Assembly (NCBI RefSeq): GCF_006345805.1
Contig: NC_042998.1
Span: forward strand, 172,980,001-173,044,000
Origin: Octopus sinensis
Taxonomy: Eukaryota
Direction: 5' to 3'
DNA: 64,000 nucleotides
A model generated the notes under the pieces. That model made no database searches. It was not told the DNA's origin and saw only the letters and a program-made list of their open reading frames with translations. Position numbers and translations under genes: made by a program. Numbering within the stretch: the stretch's first letter is position 1; every line of letters starts with the position of its first letter. Of this stretch, positions 50,815 to 64,000 are shown in pieces.

Positions 50815-51028
50815 AAATTTTGATTTCAAATTTGGCACAAGGCCAGAAATTTCAGGGAGAGAGGAAAGTAGTTTATATCGACCCCAGTGCTCAATTGGTA
50901 CTTACTTTATTGACCCTGAAAGAATGAAATGCAAAGTTGACCTCGGCGAAATTTTAACATGGAATGTATGAAGACGAAACACCGCTAAACTTCTTGCCCT
51001 GTGTGCTAACAATTCTGCTAGCTCACCA
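50815..51028 (-). mobile_element. SINE of the same family, inverted relative to 50345
   Basis: TTTCAAATTTGGCACAAGGCCAG, ATCGACCCCAGTG, GCAAAGTTGACCTCGGCG, GCTAAC...GCTAGCTCACC. Confidence 0.75.
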
Positions 51029-52260
51029 TCTTAATACGAAATGAAATATTACTGTGAAATATGCACATTCTTAGACTCACGTAACTATACTTTACATTGA
51101 ATTCCATTGACCTAACTTAATGTTATGCACAAAACATCATGTAAGTAATTGGCCTAACAAACAGTAAAGACACCTGTTTAAAGAAAATCTCTTGTTTAAT
51201 TTGCTGATCACGTTAAGCCATACACCGGCTTCATCTATGGTGAAATATAACCACTAATGTTGTATAAATTTTATTAGTACGCTATTGAGGATGTGAAAAT
51301 AAAACGTTACTGTTGTGAAGCTATCTCGTCTTCTTTTGTAGACGGCACAGATAGTGATATTGTATGAGATATAGTTAGATTGAATAACCGTCTTCAGGTT
51401 CGCATACACAACTAGAATTTTCGCAGACCAGACACATCGCTATTATTCTTATTCTTATATCTGATCAGTACCACTGATTGCAGGTTGCATAATATAATTG
51501 CTACTGTACATAATATTAAACTCCTATTAAATAGGTAATCATCTAAGTCATGTCGGTCCCCAAAAATATGGATCCCAGCCACTAGCAAACACACCCGTTC
51601 TATGGACGGTTCAAGTTGCTTTGGTGGTATTTTTTTCACCGAATAATTCAACTACCGAGGTTTATGAGTTGCACGGCAATCTATGTTTCCCATTAACCTA
51701 GGAACAGAAAGCCAAATTGAAGGCTGGTTATTGTGGAGGTCGTTCCACATTAATGATCATAGAGCATATATGTTTGCAAGCGATACAAAGTAGAACTATT
51801 GAAGTTTTGGGGAGTAGATTACGGATAATGACTACAAAATATAGTTGTTTTACATGAATGCGAAATTTCTTGCCAGAAACTGTCATATAAATGGTGAAAG
51901 GAAATTGAAGGAAGACGTTCAAACTTCCCCTCTACGAGTTTATTTAATTCAACAGCAAAAGGAGCTATTTTTTCGGAGAGTGGTATGATTGGTACATTAA
52001 AAAATGGCGATATAATACCTACTTAGGAATGTAGAGCTAAAAGAATGTATTTGCGACGTGCTTATAATGTACGACCATTCTAAAATTGACTTCAGGTAAC
52101 GAAACGTGAAAAGATGAAAGAGTTTGACTTCTGTTCATGAATACTGCTTTGAATCTTTTAGCAGTTCGCAGTGAAGAGATGTCGCGTTCGAAATATCGCA
52201 ATGGATGAGTAAATAAACATCCTTAAAGTGAAACAACGCATTGGTAGGTAAACAAATGTA

Positions 52261-52650
52261 GTGGAGGCGCAATGGCCCAGTGGTTAGGGCAGCGGACTCG
52301 CGGTCATAAGATCGCGGTTTCGATTCCCAGACGGGGCGTTGTGAGTGTTTATTGAGCGAAAACACCTAAAGCTCCACGAGGCTCCGGCAGGGGATGGTGG
52401 TGATCCCTGCTGTACTCTTTCACCACAACTTTCTCTCACTCTTACTTCCTGTTTCTGTTGTACCTGTATTTCAAGGGGCCGGCCTTGTCCCTCTCTGTGT
52501 CACGCTGAATATCCCCGAGAACTACGTTAAGGGTACACGTGTCTGTGGAGTGCTCAGCCACTTACACGTTAATTTCACGAGCAGGCTGTTCTGTTGATTC
52601 GGATCAACCGGAACTCTCGTCGTCGTAACCGACGGAGTGCTTCCCCCCTA
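52261..52650 (+). mobile_element. Full-length tRNA-derived SINE (25323 family) with 11-bp TSD
   Basis: High identity to 25323-25711; TSD AAACAAATGTA at 52250-52260 and 52651-52661. Confidence 0.92.
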
Positions 52651-54829
52651 AAACAAATGTATCAACAAGTAGAAGAGAGGGAAGAGAACATCACCTTTGA
52701 AATAACTCATAATAGGTAAACGTAAACTTGCCAAAGTTTAATGAAGTTTGGAGATTAAGATTGTTTGGTATTGGATATTCATCGCGTACAGTGTTCCTAG
52801 TCACTTTAATCACCGTCGCAGGTGGACAGTTGAAATAAATGAATAGACAAAATCATTTCACTTTTATAATATTCTCTAACCAAGTAATAATACACTATTA
52901 CAACGTATAAATAAACAATAAATCAATAAATGTGAAAACCACTAAGAATATTTTCCAATGTCAATATACGACCATATAGATTAAAAAGTATGGAAGACCT
53001 TACATACAAACAATATACATACGACGAATTAGAGAAAAACCTGTGTAAACGACTGTTTTTCTCGGTTTGTCCATTTATACGGGAGCCCTGAGCAGAATGT
53101 TATAATGCATGACAATCCTTGGGACATAAGTGGAAATATCAGTTGCTGGTTGAAATTATTTCCTTTCTTGAATACTGCTAATACTATTTGCGAAGTGTAT
53201 GAACATCAAACCTCTTGAAGTGAAAGTTCTTTGTATCTATTCAAAAGACACCTTTTTGTATTCCTGTTGTACGTTAATTGCCTTCTTTCATGATGGTTTA
53301 TTTCATTTCAAAAATTTCGTCTAGATGCAAGTGACTTTTATGGGTACGAAGTCCACTTTACCGATTGTGCTTTGAGAATGTGTAGTTATTGACATAGAGA
53401 ATAAGAAAACTTATGCATGATCCAAATAGCATTTATTAGACTATTCCTTTCCCAGAAAGAGAAAAAACCCACAAATTTGTTTAAAAGACAGAGTGAAGTG
53501 ATGTGTTGTTTTTACGTACTCGAAGACAACATAAAATCTTTTTTTACTCATGAATGTGAAAGTTCTCGTTTTATATTTTTCCACGAAATTTTAGGATTTT
53601 ATATTTATAAAATTAAGATCTTAAAACAACAATGGGCTATTATCTTATTGTCTCTGGTTCATCTGAAGTTTAAAGTTTTCATTAATGAACTTGGAAATGA
53701 TTAAATTGACCCTTTCATATAAAGGATATACCTATTACTAACATGAAAAATAAATATGTACTTGATGACATTTGAATTTAGATCATTGAAATTAGAAAAT
53801 GAATACTGTACGTTGTCTCGTCTGATGTGCAAGAGGCTCTGCTAACACGTAACCTTTAAACATAGAGCTTCCTTTATTATTGTTTTAAACATGTCTTGAC
53901 AATGAAAATCTAGGTTGAGAGAATAAAAGAAGTATCTTGTATAAATGATGTTAACGATGTGAATTAGTTTGGACAGTTATATAGTCAATGGATATTAATT
54001 CCAAGAGGATTTAGTTTAAGCTGTAACAAATTATCTCAGATATGATATCAAGATTAATTTATAATAGCTTGGATAATGTATGCAATAACAAACAAATATT
54101 GTAAACAACGATTTTTAATGTATTTACTACATACAATTATTAACTACCTTTAGGTTTCCAACATTCTTTGCGCCAGTTTCTTGTTCATTCAACGTTAAAA
54201 AAAAACCTTGCTTTTGCTGTCTTAGTTTATTATTCTGAAAAATCTTCTTTAACTCTCTCTCTCTCCCTACATGTGTGTGTGTGTGTATTGTATGTTTGCG
54301 TTGGAACGCTACTAGATTAAAGTACTAGTGTGGCACTGGCTGTAATATTTTGTCTAAGAGATACTTCTCAAAACAACTTTCGTGCCAATAAACATAGACC
54401 TTTGCAGTAAATGCCGGTGAATCCCCAAAGATGGTGTTTCGATCTACTTTTGTATCCCCACTTATTCCTGTATAGAAATCGGTAAACAAAACAATTCCTG
54501 ATTTGTGTAAAAGCTAGCTATACTAGAACTACATTAATGATATTACTTGAAATTTCACTAGATAAAAGATAGTCGTGTATATAACGTTTAAAGTGATACA
54601 CACGCGGAAAGTCACTAACCGTGATGTTTTGTCTAAGAGAAACTTCTCGAAGAGACATATCACCAAGGACGCCAACCTATGTCAAAACATCGTGTCTAGA
54701 GATCTAGATATCCGGAACGAAGCTGCCCTATATTTTTAATACAAAATCTCCTTGGGAAGATACTTGGAGACAGAATATTATTGCTACTATCGTTCTACTT
54801 TTGCACATATATTATAAATGTTATACATA

Positions 54830-54970
54830 CTGTATGTATGTATGTATGTATGTATGTATGTATGTATGTATGTATGTATGTATGTATGTATGTATGTATG
54901 TACGTACGTACGTACGTATGTATGTATGTATGTATGTATGTATGTATGTATGTATGTATGTATGTATGTT
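54830..54970. repeat. (TATG)n microsatellite
   Basis: Directly visible. Confidence 0.95.
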
Positions 54971-57900
54971 TGTGTGAGTGTATGAGTGTGTGTGTGTGAG
55001 TGTGTGTATGTGAGTGCGTGTCTGAGTGTGTGTGTGTGTATCGCGAAATTTTTGTCGATACTCTAACCATAAAAAAAACGCAATCGATGGAAACGATTGT
55101 CATCTACCTTAACTTAATTGTAGTTTTCCTTTCACATGAGTTTATCTATTTAGACAGTGTCATCCAGTTGTTGCTGTTTGGTTTTGTAAAACAAATATCT
55201 CTTACAGTTTGAATTACAAGGATGTGGAATACTCGACGTTCAAAGCCTTCCCGAAGAGCAGAACAGTGATGTCGTTTTGCCTGGGAATTAAAGCATTTTC
55301 ATTGACAGTTAAAAAAAAATCAAGCATTCGTTCGTTTATACTGTAAATGATACTTTCCGTCATCAATAGAATCAAGGTACATATACACCGGATGGGTTAC
55401 GTCTTAATTTGATTCCGCTAACTTAAATGGCTACCCAGAAAATACTCACTCGAAAATTGCGATGACGCGTATTTGATTAGGTATTTCGTTATCAAATAAT
55501 GATTATATTTTAGGTTCAAAACTCCGCCTGTATTCACACATGAAGTCAGTAAAAGATTATCACAACCAGATACATACCCTTGTTTACAAAAAATTCAGGG
55601 AACTGGTTACTTTTTAGCACTCGAATGTGATTTAGTCAGAATGTTGACTAGATGCGTAGCTACTACAATCTGGATAAAAGTAAGTCTTCTGGACACTAAG
55701 AAACTTCTTACTATATCCATGGCTTATTTCATATCTACTCTATGTACTATTGGGTAAACATTTTAAAATGAACCGGTCATATTTTCCCTTGTTATTACAC
55801 TACTATAACTCTGCTAAATCCTTTGTACAGAAAGACAAAGATTCTAATGTGAATTTAAGGCAGTGGACACTTTAAATACGTTGTTGGTAGTACAACATGA
55901 AAACCTGAAATTCCAGAACGATTAAGTTTCAGTAAATCACGGAAAGTCGCGGAGTTCTGAATGGAGACTTAGAGTGATTCTCGTTAGAAATTTCAGTGGA
56001 AAGAAATTTCTTTCCAAGTGGTGAGAAGGCACACATATACTTATCTCAGATGAATCGCCATTACATCTATTTTCAAGAAGCAAAAGTGGTCGAAACAGAG
56101 AGAGGATTTTCGTTGCGTCAAAATGATTATTCACTAATTTGTGGTATCAATTGAAACAATGTTTGTAGATATGCTGCAAAAACTTAATAGGAAAATTATA
56201 TAATTTTTAGATGCTAAAGTATATGGAAGAAATACATTCAAATTCGATCTACGTAGTATATTACCAGTAATACTTTATAGATTCCAATGAGATGAATGAA
56301 GGCAAATGTGGAATTTAAGCTTTCACTTTACCATGCCTGCATTTTTAGCTGAATGTCCTTGAGATAAATTTTATACAGCTGAGTGATCTTCCTGTCGCCA
56401 ACTTTTACCCGTTTTGAAATAAGGTAATAATTTCCTTAATCCTTCGTATACGATCAATACAATGACTGCAAATATCGCATGAGATCACAAACATACGATG
56501 CTGTTTGTGTAATGGTGATATTCATTTAATATTAACAGATAATATCAAGATAAACGGATACAAAATGTCACGAAAACCACATATGTGTATGGCTATTTTT
56601 GTGCATGCCCTACACGGTCACATTCTAATGACTGAAACAAGTAAAAGAATAAAAGAATGTGCGCGTGTGCATGTGTGGGTGTGCGTGTGTGTATGTGCGT
56701 GCATGTGTATAGTAAATTATCGTTGTTGTTACTCCAAAGCTTTTTCATTCAAACTATATATATATAACTATATAACAATGTAAAGATGCCGATTTACTGG
56801 CAACGACGGTTGCAGAACTAATCTATAATTACTCGACTTTCTCTGTTCAAATTCATCTCGATTGAATCTGACGCTGATGGTTCTTCGTATTCTGTATTTA
56901 AGAAACCAGACATTATTCTCTGCCAAATATTGAAATTGAAACTCTAGGATATATTTATTTAAAATCTATTTTGGCATCAAGAGCCTTGATCTTTGCATCT
57001 GTAAACGATTTAAAATAATGGCGAATCTAATAGAAAACACCATTGGTTCAAATGAATTAAGCACTAATGGTCATTTTTATTTTTACCCAGATCAGATTTG
57101 ATTGAGCAGGCCTATAGTCAAAGATATTCTAGACGTAACCATCCAGTTCTTTATGGTGATCTAAAAATACAGTATCCAATGTTTCTTCCTCTCTTTTAAG
57201 ATAGTCAGATCTGAACAGAGGGGAACTTTGCGTTGTTATTTCTATCATGTCTTGCAGCCACACAGAGGGAACTTCGTTGTTCGCTCAGAACATTAAAGGA
57301 TCAAATTCATTAGCCAAAGAAACTTAATTAAATAGCCAAATACGTAAACAACATAAATGTTAGTGACAGTTAGTCTAGTAACATTAGGAAAGCAGATGTT
57401 TTGCTCTTTCCAAAGATTTATAATTACATAGTCCACGATCTGATTGTTCTTTTGTTTGGTTCTATTTTAGTAAACTGAAAAGAAATCCCAAGAGACATTT
57501 AAAAATATTTTGTAGTGATAATGCATATATATAACGTAAAGTATCATAGTAAAAACAATTGTGCCATAACCATGTTTTTCAGTTTGGTTATGCATAAGAC
57601 TGCGCAGATGTTGTTTTGTAACAGTAGCTATCAAAGCATTCAAAAGGTCAGATATTATAATTCTGAAGTTTCTGTAAGCTAACGATAAACAAGAAATTAT
57701 TTTGAGAGAAGCAAGCCCTAATTTAAACAATATCTATAAGAAATTGGTAAGAAAAGCTCGGGTGAGATGAACAACAGAGAATCTTCAGAGGAGAAACACT
57801 TCCTCAGGCAAATGTTTAGGCCCTCAACTTCTTACACTTTAAGGAAACCGGATCGCATCCAGATCATGACGTACGGGTGCCCTTCTACTGACATATCATT

Positions 57901-59336
57901 AGCTACATGGATATTGGAAACTTGTGCATTGAAACCTCATGGGGATATTGTTCACAAGATCTAGTTAGAACTCAGTTGCACCTGCTTTCAAACTTATATC
58001 TCTTTGTTTGGAAATGATGTTGGCAGTCATGATAGCTATAACTGAGTAGACCCATAATCATAGACATTCCATCAGTTGTTTGCGGTCAATAATATCAATA
58101 TTGCCAGACTTCTTTTAGTCTCAAATGCCGATGCAACCTTCATCTGTTTCTTGAAGTCCCATTCCTTCCTCCGTTTGTTTTCAAGAGTCTTTACAAATTA
58201 CCTCTCTGTATCAGGGGTGTGGATATCTTTAGAACCATGGTTTGATTCTAGGGTTTGAATGCATTACAATAAGATGGCACTCAAGTAATCTTAAATAAAA
58301 TATGTGTTTGACAACACTGACAAAAAATATAAAAGATGTATCCCTAAAGTGTGCAAAAGAGGGAGGCAGGTCCTGATATTAAAAATAAGGGGGAAAACTA
58401 AATTAAAAAATGTAAACACGAAACACGAAGTAACATCTCGCCGATTACTAGAAGCGATGCTAATTCTTAGAAATGAAATTGTATGGACATTCAAAACTAC
58501 AGACCAAGGATCTATTTAGCAACAATAAATACATCATATAAACTGAGTTTGAATCATAGACAGATATCTTAGCAGAAGAGTAGAAAGACTGCTTTGAGGT
58601 AATTTACTAAGTAGCTATTGGTAAGCAGAGCAATTATTTCAGACAATACGGAAAATGTTAAACATGACGTGGTTTGATAAAAGAAAGAAGCATACCACAC
58701 ACCCGGAAAAGCTCTGCATGAGTAACAAATAAAATAAGCAATATGTCGATAATGGTACCATGTTAAAACGTTGAACTGTTTTCGTATGAAAAGTAATTTA
58801 TGCAAGAATATTTTATCTTTGTCCATTTAATCACACTACCATGAATTATAAATGTTATGGCGACACAATAAGCCATCTCTTCTACTTAGATTATTTAAAC
58901 CCAGATAGAAGAAACTATATCCATCTCAATATCTGCGACAACTTCACTCAGATTCAGCTGTGGCGTCATGATGAGTATGAGATTAGATATGACAAGTTAG
59001 TTCTAATACATTACTCTAATACAAAGTAATTAATTCCAAAAAATAACGAAGTAATTTTCGACACTGAAATCAGGTTCTTTTAATAGGTACGCACATAAAA
59101 ATTGTCAAGTGTAGAGGAAGTAATACTACGAAGTATTTTGTACGAGGCTTCTACAGTCCTGCCAAAGCACCGCACTTAATGGCTTCTAATTTAGGTGCAC
59201 ACGTTTCGAGTCAATAGCATCAGTCTTAATTCTTGATTGGTTCTTTATTTTATCAATTCTGAAGCAATGAAAAGCAAAAATGAACTCAGACGAATTAAAA
59301 TCAGAATGTAAAGGAATATAAAAAATATTAGCATAA

Positions 59337-59394
59337 GCAGTGTTCCAGCACGGCCGCAGTTAAATGACTGAAACAATTAAAGAATAAAAGAATA
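59337..59394 (+). mobile_element. Isolated retroposon 3' tail matching the LINE tail at 17951-18010
   Basis: GCAGTGTTCCAGCACGGCCGCAG...TGAAACA..AAGAATAAAAGAATA. Confidence 0.65.
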
Positions 59395-62102
59395 CTAGAG
59401 AATTCAAATCCAACATAAAGTAATGTACATGCACTTTAATACAGAGAAAGTGTGCAATTATAATAAGAGAACTGGAAAATTGCAATGAATAGTGATCGCA
59501 GATCTTTATACTTTAAGTGCATGCTTTAGAATTCAATCAGTTCAAAATATCTCCTTAAAATCTGGCCATTACTTAAGATTCTGTCGCAGAAACATTGAAT
59601 GAACTTGTAAGCGGGACAAATTCTGAGCAGAACAGTGATAACTGCCGTGATTAGAAACGCTCGACACCCAATTAAAAAGCCAACTTGCCAATAAACTTTA
59701 ACAACACTCTCCATAGTAGCAACTAATGAGCTGAGATAGTACAAAACACAGCTGTAAAATGGTAGACAATTTTAGCATGGTAAACTAATTATCTTAAATA
59801 ATTTGTTATTATCCAAGGCAGTTGGATACTGGAACCGAATCATACAAATAAACCAGTGTTTATTCCACTCGTTTACGTGTTTCATAATCTTATTACTTCT
59901 ATATTAGATATTACATCAACATTTTCCCAAATATAATATATATATATATACATTTCATATCAACATATATGTACACCTATGTATACAACCGTGCCGAGAA
60001 ATTAACTAACAGACTAATCTGCAGAACGATCCACGGTAGTTCAAAACATCAACTCTGTTACAAAAAGGAAGTTGATTCAAAGAAGTGTGGGTTTGATTGC
60101 TACGCGTTCAAATGCTCATTTATTTCTGTCGGGAATTTTTATGCCCCAATATTTTACAATTTTCTAGAGACAATACACCGTAAACGCTTATAAGTTTGAA
60201 GCTTATATTTTTTATTTACAGAATTTTCTCTCGGCACCGTTTCTTAATTTAACGCAGAATACGCACTCTTGTTTACACATCACTATGAAATGATAGAAAT
60301 TATTGGGCAAATTAGTGTAATCGGTCAGAAACCGTATCGCAACAATAAGAGGCATGGGTTCGATTCCCATGCGTACTAATATCCTATTTTTTCCTTTTGA
60401 GGTGGGGGTACCGAATATGAGACTATATTATATAGCCAATACAAAGTGAACGCTTATATGCTTAAAGCATATAATTATTATTTACAGAATATTATTCAAC
60501 CACTCATTCGCAGCCTCTTCAAATCTTTGTCACTAACTCATTTCTCAACCCAATTCAAAACTGTCAACTGTTATGTAATAGTTCCCTGCCCAGCTATATT
60601 TTGGCATTAAAATATTGAAATTTGGTTTCAGTGGGAAAAAAAGTTACGTTAAAATATGTGAAGTCCACAAAATCGATTTTGAATGAAAGTAACCTTGTTA
60701 TTTTAAAAGCAAAATATATTTTATTTAAGCTTAAATGATAAAACAAAACGAGAGGAATCTAAAAATGTCAATTTTTCAAGAGAATTTATTTTTAGTGTAA
60801 GGAAGTTGTGAAGCCAAAAGTAGAAAGAAAAAAGAAAAAAAAAGAAAAGTAACGCCTCCAATCGACTTGGAATCCAAAACACTTTCTTGATTTAAAAGTA
60901 ATCTATATTTTATTTAATCTCAAATGATAAATCATAACGTGAGGAATCTAAAAATTCTAATTTTATGCAATAAAATTTTGTAGAAAAAAAAGGTATGAGG
61001 TAAAAAGTGATAAAAAATAAGTGACGTTTGATTTTTAAAAAATTATATAAGCTATATAAACTATTATATATAAAATATACGCCGTTGTTTCCCTTGCATC
61101 ACAGTAAAATTTCTTCTCTCCTTTTCTTTGCTGCCATGAGAGAAAAGCCTATTTAGAGACACTTTAAATGCTACAAATATATGAAAAAAAATGCACAGAT
61201 GATTTGAATCAATTAGGTGCATTTGTTTTTGCTTCTTTTAGTTACTAATTAATGATTAAATATTTAATTAAACTTATAATTATCACTCTGATTAGTAATT
61301 AACTTTCTAGTTTGAATGAGTGTTTGCTTGACCAATATATTGATTGTTTATACCTTGCATTTAGGTTGTTTCAAACAATATTTAGCATTTCCTGCACAAC
61401 AACTTGCGATTTTTGACTACTACAATGAAAAACAATTTTAGATATACCAGTCACTGATTTTCTGTTTATTATCATTTTTTGGCATGATCTAACAAACTAA
61501 CCGTTATTTAAAACTCATTGAATATGTTGGCAATCTAACACTACAGTCCAACATCAAGTTGTAAATACCCACCAACTTTCTAGAATAAATGTATTTCTGT
61601 TAATTTATTCTAATAATTTTCTCTACAAAGTTGGTGGGTATTCCACGAGAGCATGGCTCCACGTGCCGCGGGGTGGATGCATTCGCTTATTTTCTAATCT
61701 TAATTACAATTTTCGATTTTATCATAAGCCAGTGTAACTAAAGTGCTCTTACAATTCAGCTTTCAGTTATTTTGATTTATACTTATTCTTATTTTAATTC
61801 AATTATTAAACATGAAAAATAATTGAAAAACCTATTTAAAAAAGTATTAAATAAAAATTTAAAAAAATTTAATTATAGATGATTACTTGTCACTATTAAA
61901 TTGCATTGCCTGAAGAAAAGTGGATTACAAAAAAAAAATGGAGTCACATGCAGGTTGATGTTTTTAAGTTATTAAAGCTGGAAAAGTACCTGACCAATTA
62001 TTATAATCTAGAAAAGTACACGACAAGCATATTTATACATAAAATATTGCAGCTATATTTATGATTTAAAAATATATTTAGATTAAAAAACTAAAAACAA
62101 TA

Positions 62103-62712
62103 CCTTTTATTAGCTGCTCTATAATTTAAAAAATTAACTCAATAAATTTAGGCTGACTGTTAGCAAAGAATAACATTTTTTAATAGCCCCATTCAAGATG
62201 TTTTTTGAAAGTTTTTGAATACTCCCATATCTGTACGCAGTAGGTATATTGAGGTACTTACCTCCCACGACATTTCATACCATATGGGCTATGTAGCACC
62301 TCGCCAAGATTTTTCTTATATGGTATACTACCTACCGAAGCAAAATTTTAATTAGGAAGAATACCCGTCTCTCCGGAAAATATCGCTTTACCCTCCCCTA
62401 AGCCTCAACCTTACCATAAATGTATCAAGTGAACTTTCTCGTTTTTTGAAACTTCCAGAAGACCAGTCTTTTGGTATCTTTATCAATAACTTATAGTGTA
62501 CCAATTTTTATCAAAAAGATGAGAAAAAAAGGGGATTTCAGTTGAATACTACTTTAGAAGTTTTAGTACTTCTTAAAAATATGTAAGTGAAAAAAATCAT
62601 TTTGAATGGGGCTGTCGAAATTTATTTTATTCTTTGCTAACAATTATGAAAGTTTAATAAAGTTGAATTTATTGTTTGAGGTCTTTTTCTTTATAGAGTA
62701 GCTAATAGAAGC
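62103..62712. mobile_element. MITE with long imperfect TIRs and TA flanks (Tc1/mariner-type)
   Basis: TATTAGCTGCTCTATAA (62108) versus TTATAGAGTAGCTAATA (62691); inner TGTTAGCAAAGAATAA and AGCCCCATTCAA segments also inverted; TA at 62101 and 62713. Confidence 0.7.
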
Positions 62713-62888
62713 TATTATTTTTAGTTTTTAAATCAGAATATACTTCGACTACAGTTGCGATATTTTAAGTATAGATATGCTTGTCTTGTACTTTTCCAAG
62801 TGTTATATCATAAGAATATAAACCTCCATGCGACTGCATTTTACACCGCAATACATACATACATACATACATACATACATACATACAT

Positions 62889-63310
62889 GGATGGATGGAT
62901 GGATGGATGGACATGCATGCATGCATGCATGCCCTCCGTCGGTTACGACGATGAGGGTTCCGGTTGATCCGAATCAACGGAACAGCCTGCTCGTGAAATT
63001 AATGTGTAAGTGGCTGAGCACTCCACAGACACGTGCACCCTTAACGTAGTTCTCGGGGATATTCAGCGTGACACAGAGAGTGACAAGGCCGGCCCCTTGA
63101 AATACAGGTACAACAGAAACAGGAAGTAAGAGTGAGAGAAAGTTGTGGTAAAAGAACAACAGGGATCACCACCATCCCCTGCCGGAGCCTCGTGGAGCTT
63201 TTAGGTGTTTTTGTCTCAATAAACACTCGCAATGCCCGGTCTGGGAATCGAAACCGCGATCCTATGACCGCGAGTCCGCTGCCCTAACCACTGGGCCATT
63301 GCGCCTCCAC
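62889..63310 (-). mobile_element. Full-length tRNA-derived SINE (25323 family) with (ATGC)n(ATCC)n tail inside (TACA)n
   Basis: Reverse complement of 25323-25711. Confidence 0.92.
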
Positions 63311-63447
63311 ATACATACATACATACATATATAATATATATTATTATATAATATATATATTATTATATATATATAATATATATATATATATTATATAATA
63401 TATATATATAGATAATATATATATAGATATATATATATATATATATA

Positions 63448-63490
<43 letters not shown>

Positions 63491-63517
63491 GCTTATATAT
63501 ATATATGTATATATAGA

Positions 63518-63550
<33 letters not shown>

Positions 63551-63651
63551 TAGATATATATTGTATATATATTATATATATATATAGTATATATATATAA
63601 TATATATATATTACTATATATATATATATATATATAGATATATATAATATA

Positions 63652-63693
<42 letters not shown>

Positions 63694-63740
63694 TATATAT
63701 GTATATATATATAGATATAATATATATATATATATATATC
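63311..63740. repeat. Long degenerate (TA)n tract
   Basis: Directly visible. Confidence 0.95.
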
Positions 63741-64000
63741 CCACAGGCGATAGATATATCGGCAGGATGCCATACATGGTTGCTTCAGGAAGTAATGCTT
63801 ATAGATCAATAGGAATTCAAAGAAAAACGTAGTAGATAAATACAATAAAGCCAAAGAACCACTAAAAAGCATCAGAAAAATATAAAAGTAAATAAGATAG
63901 TTTTATTAAAGAAATTGTCTTCTAAAAAAAGATACGCCTACAAATATAGATCTATTTCCTAAAGAAAGTTAAGTGGAACATGCCAGTATTAATTTAAATG

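Noticed and set aside
51230-51960. Possible PLE endonuclease relic on the minus strand
   Set aside because: Only a CxxC-like fragment; motif order and spacing do not fit.
57780-58260. Possible RLE-clade retrotransposon relic on the minus strand
   Set aside because: A lone RHDL and no intact CCHC or PD..D motif; too decayed to call.
60305-60376. tRNA gene (TAGTGTAATCGG A box; ATGGG-TTCGATT-CCCAT T arm)
   Set aside because: Acceptor and anticodon stems do not pair; at most a degenerate tRNA or SINE head.
60700-60970. About 80-bp diverged direct repeat pair
   Set aside because: AT-rich, low identity, no termini identified; probably internal to an old DNA transposon.

Overview
AT-rich eukaryotic repeat landscape with no recognisable host gene exon, rRNA, intact tRNA or CRISPR array. 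The SINE families and the TA/TACA/AAT microsatellite load suggest an octopus or other coleoid cephalopod (inference). Contents: tRNA-derived SINEs of three head types, CR1-group LINE fragments, two R4/Dong-type RLE non-LTR elements in AAT-rich repeats, a probable ORF1-only L1/Tx1-like element, Tc1/mariner relics, hAT-like and MITE elements, non-autonomous Helitrons and a Penelope-like element (PLE) with RT and a C-terminal GIY-YIG remnant. The main signal the ORF track does not explain is 11 type I hammerhead ribozyme (HHR) motifs of 7 sequence types, plus one decayed copy; most have a palindromic or near-palindromic helix III. Six of them lie in three outward-pointing inverted structures: a 771-bp palindrome (87-857), a 443-bp palindrome (19904-20346) and a perfect 115-bp inverted repeat enclosing the 5.2-kb PLE (44468-49703). 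All folds and alignments were done by eye, and ribozyme activity is untested.
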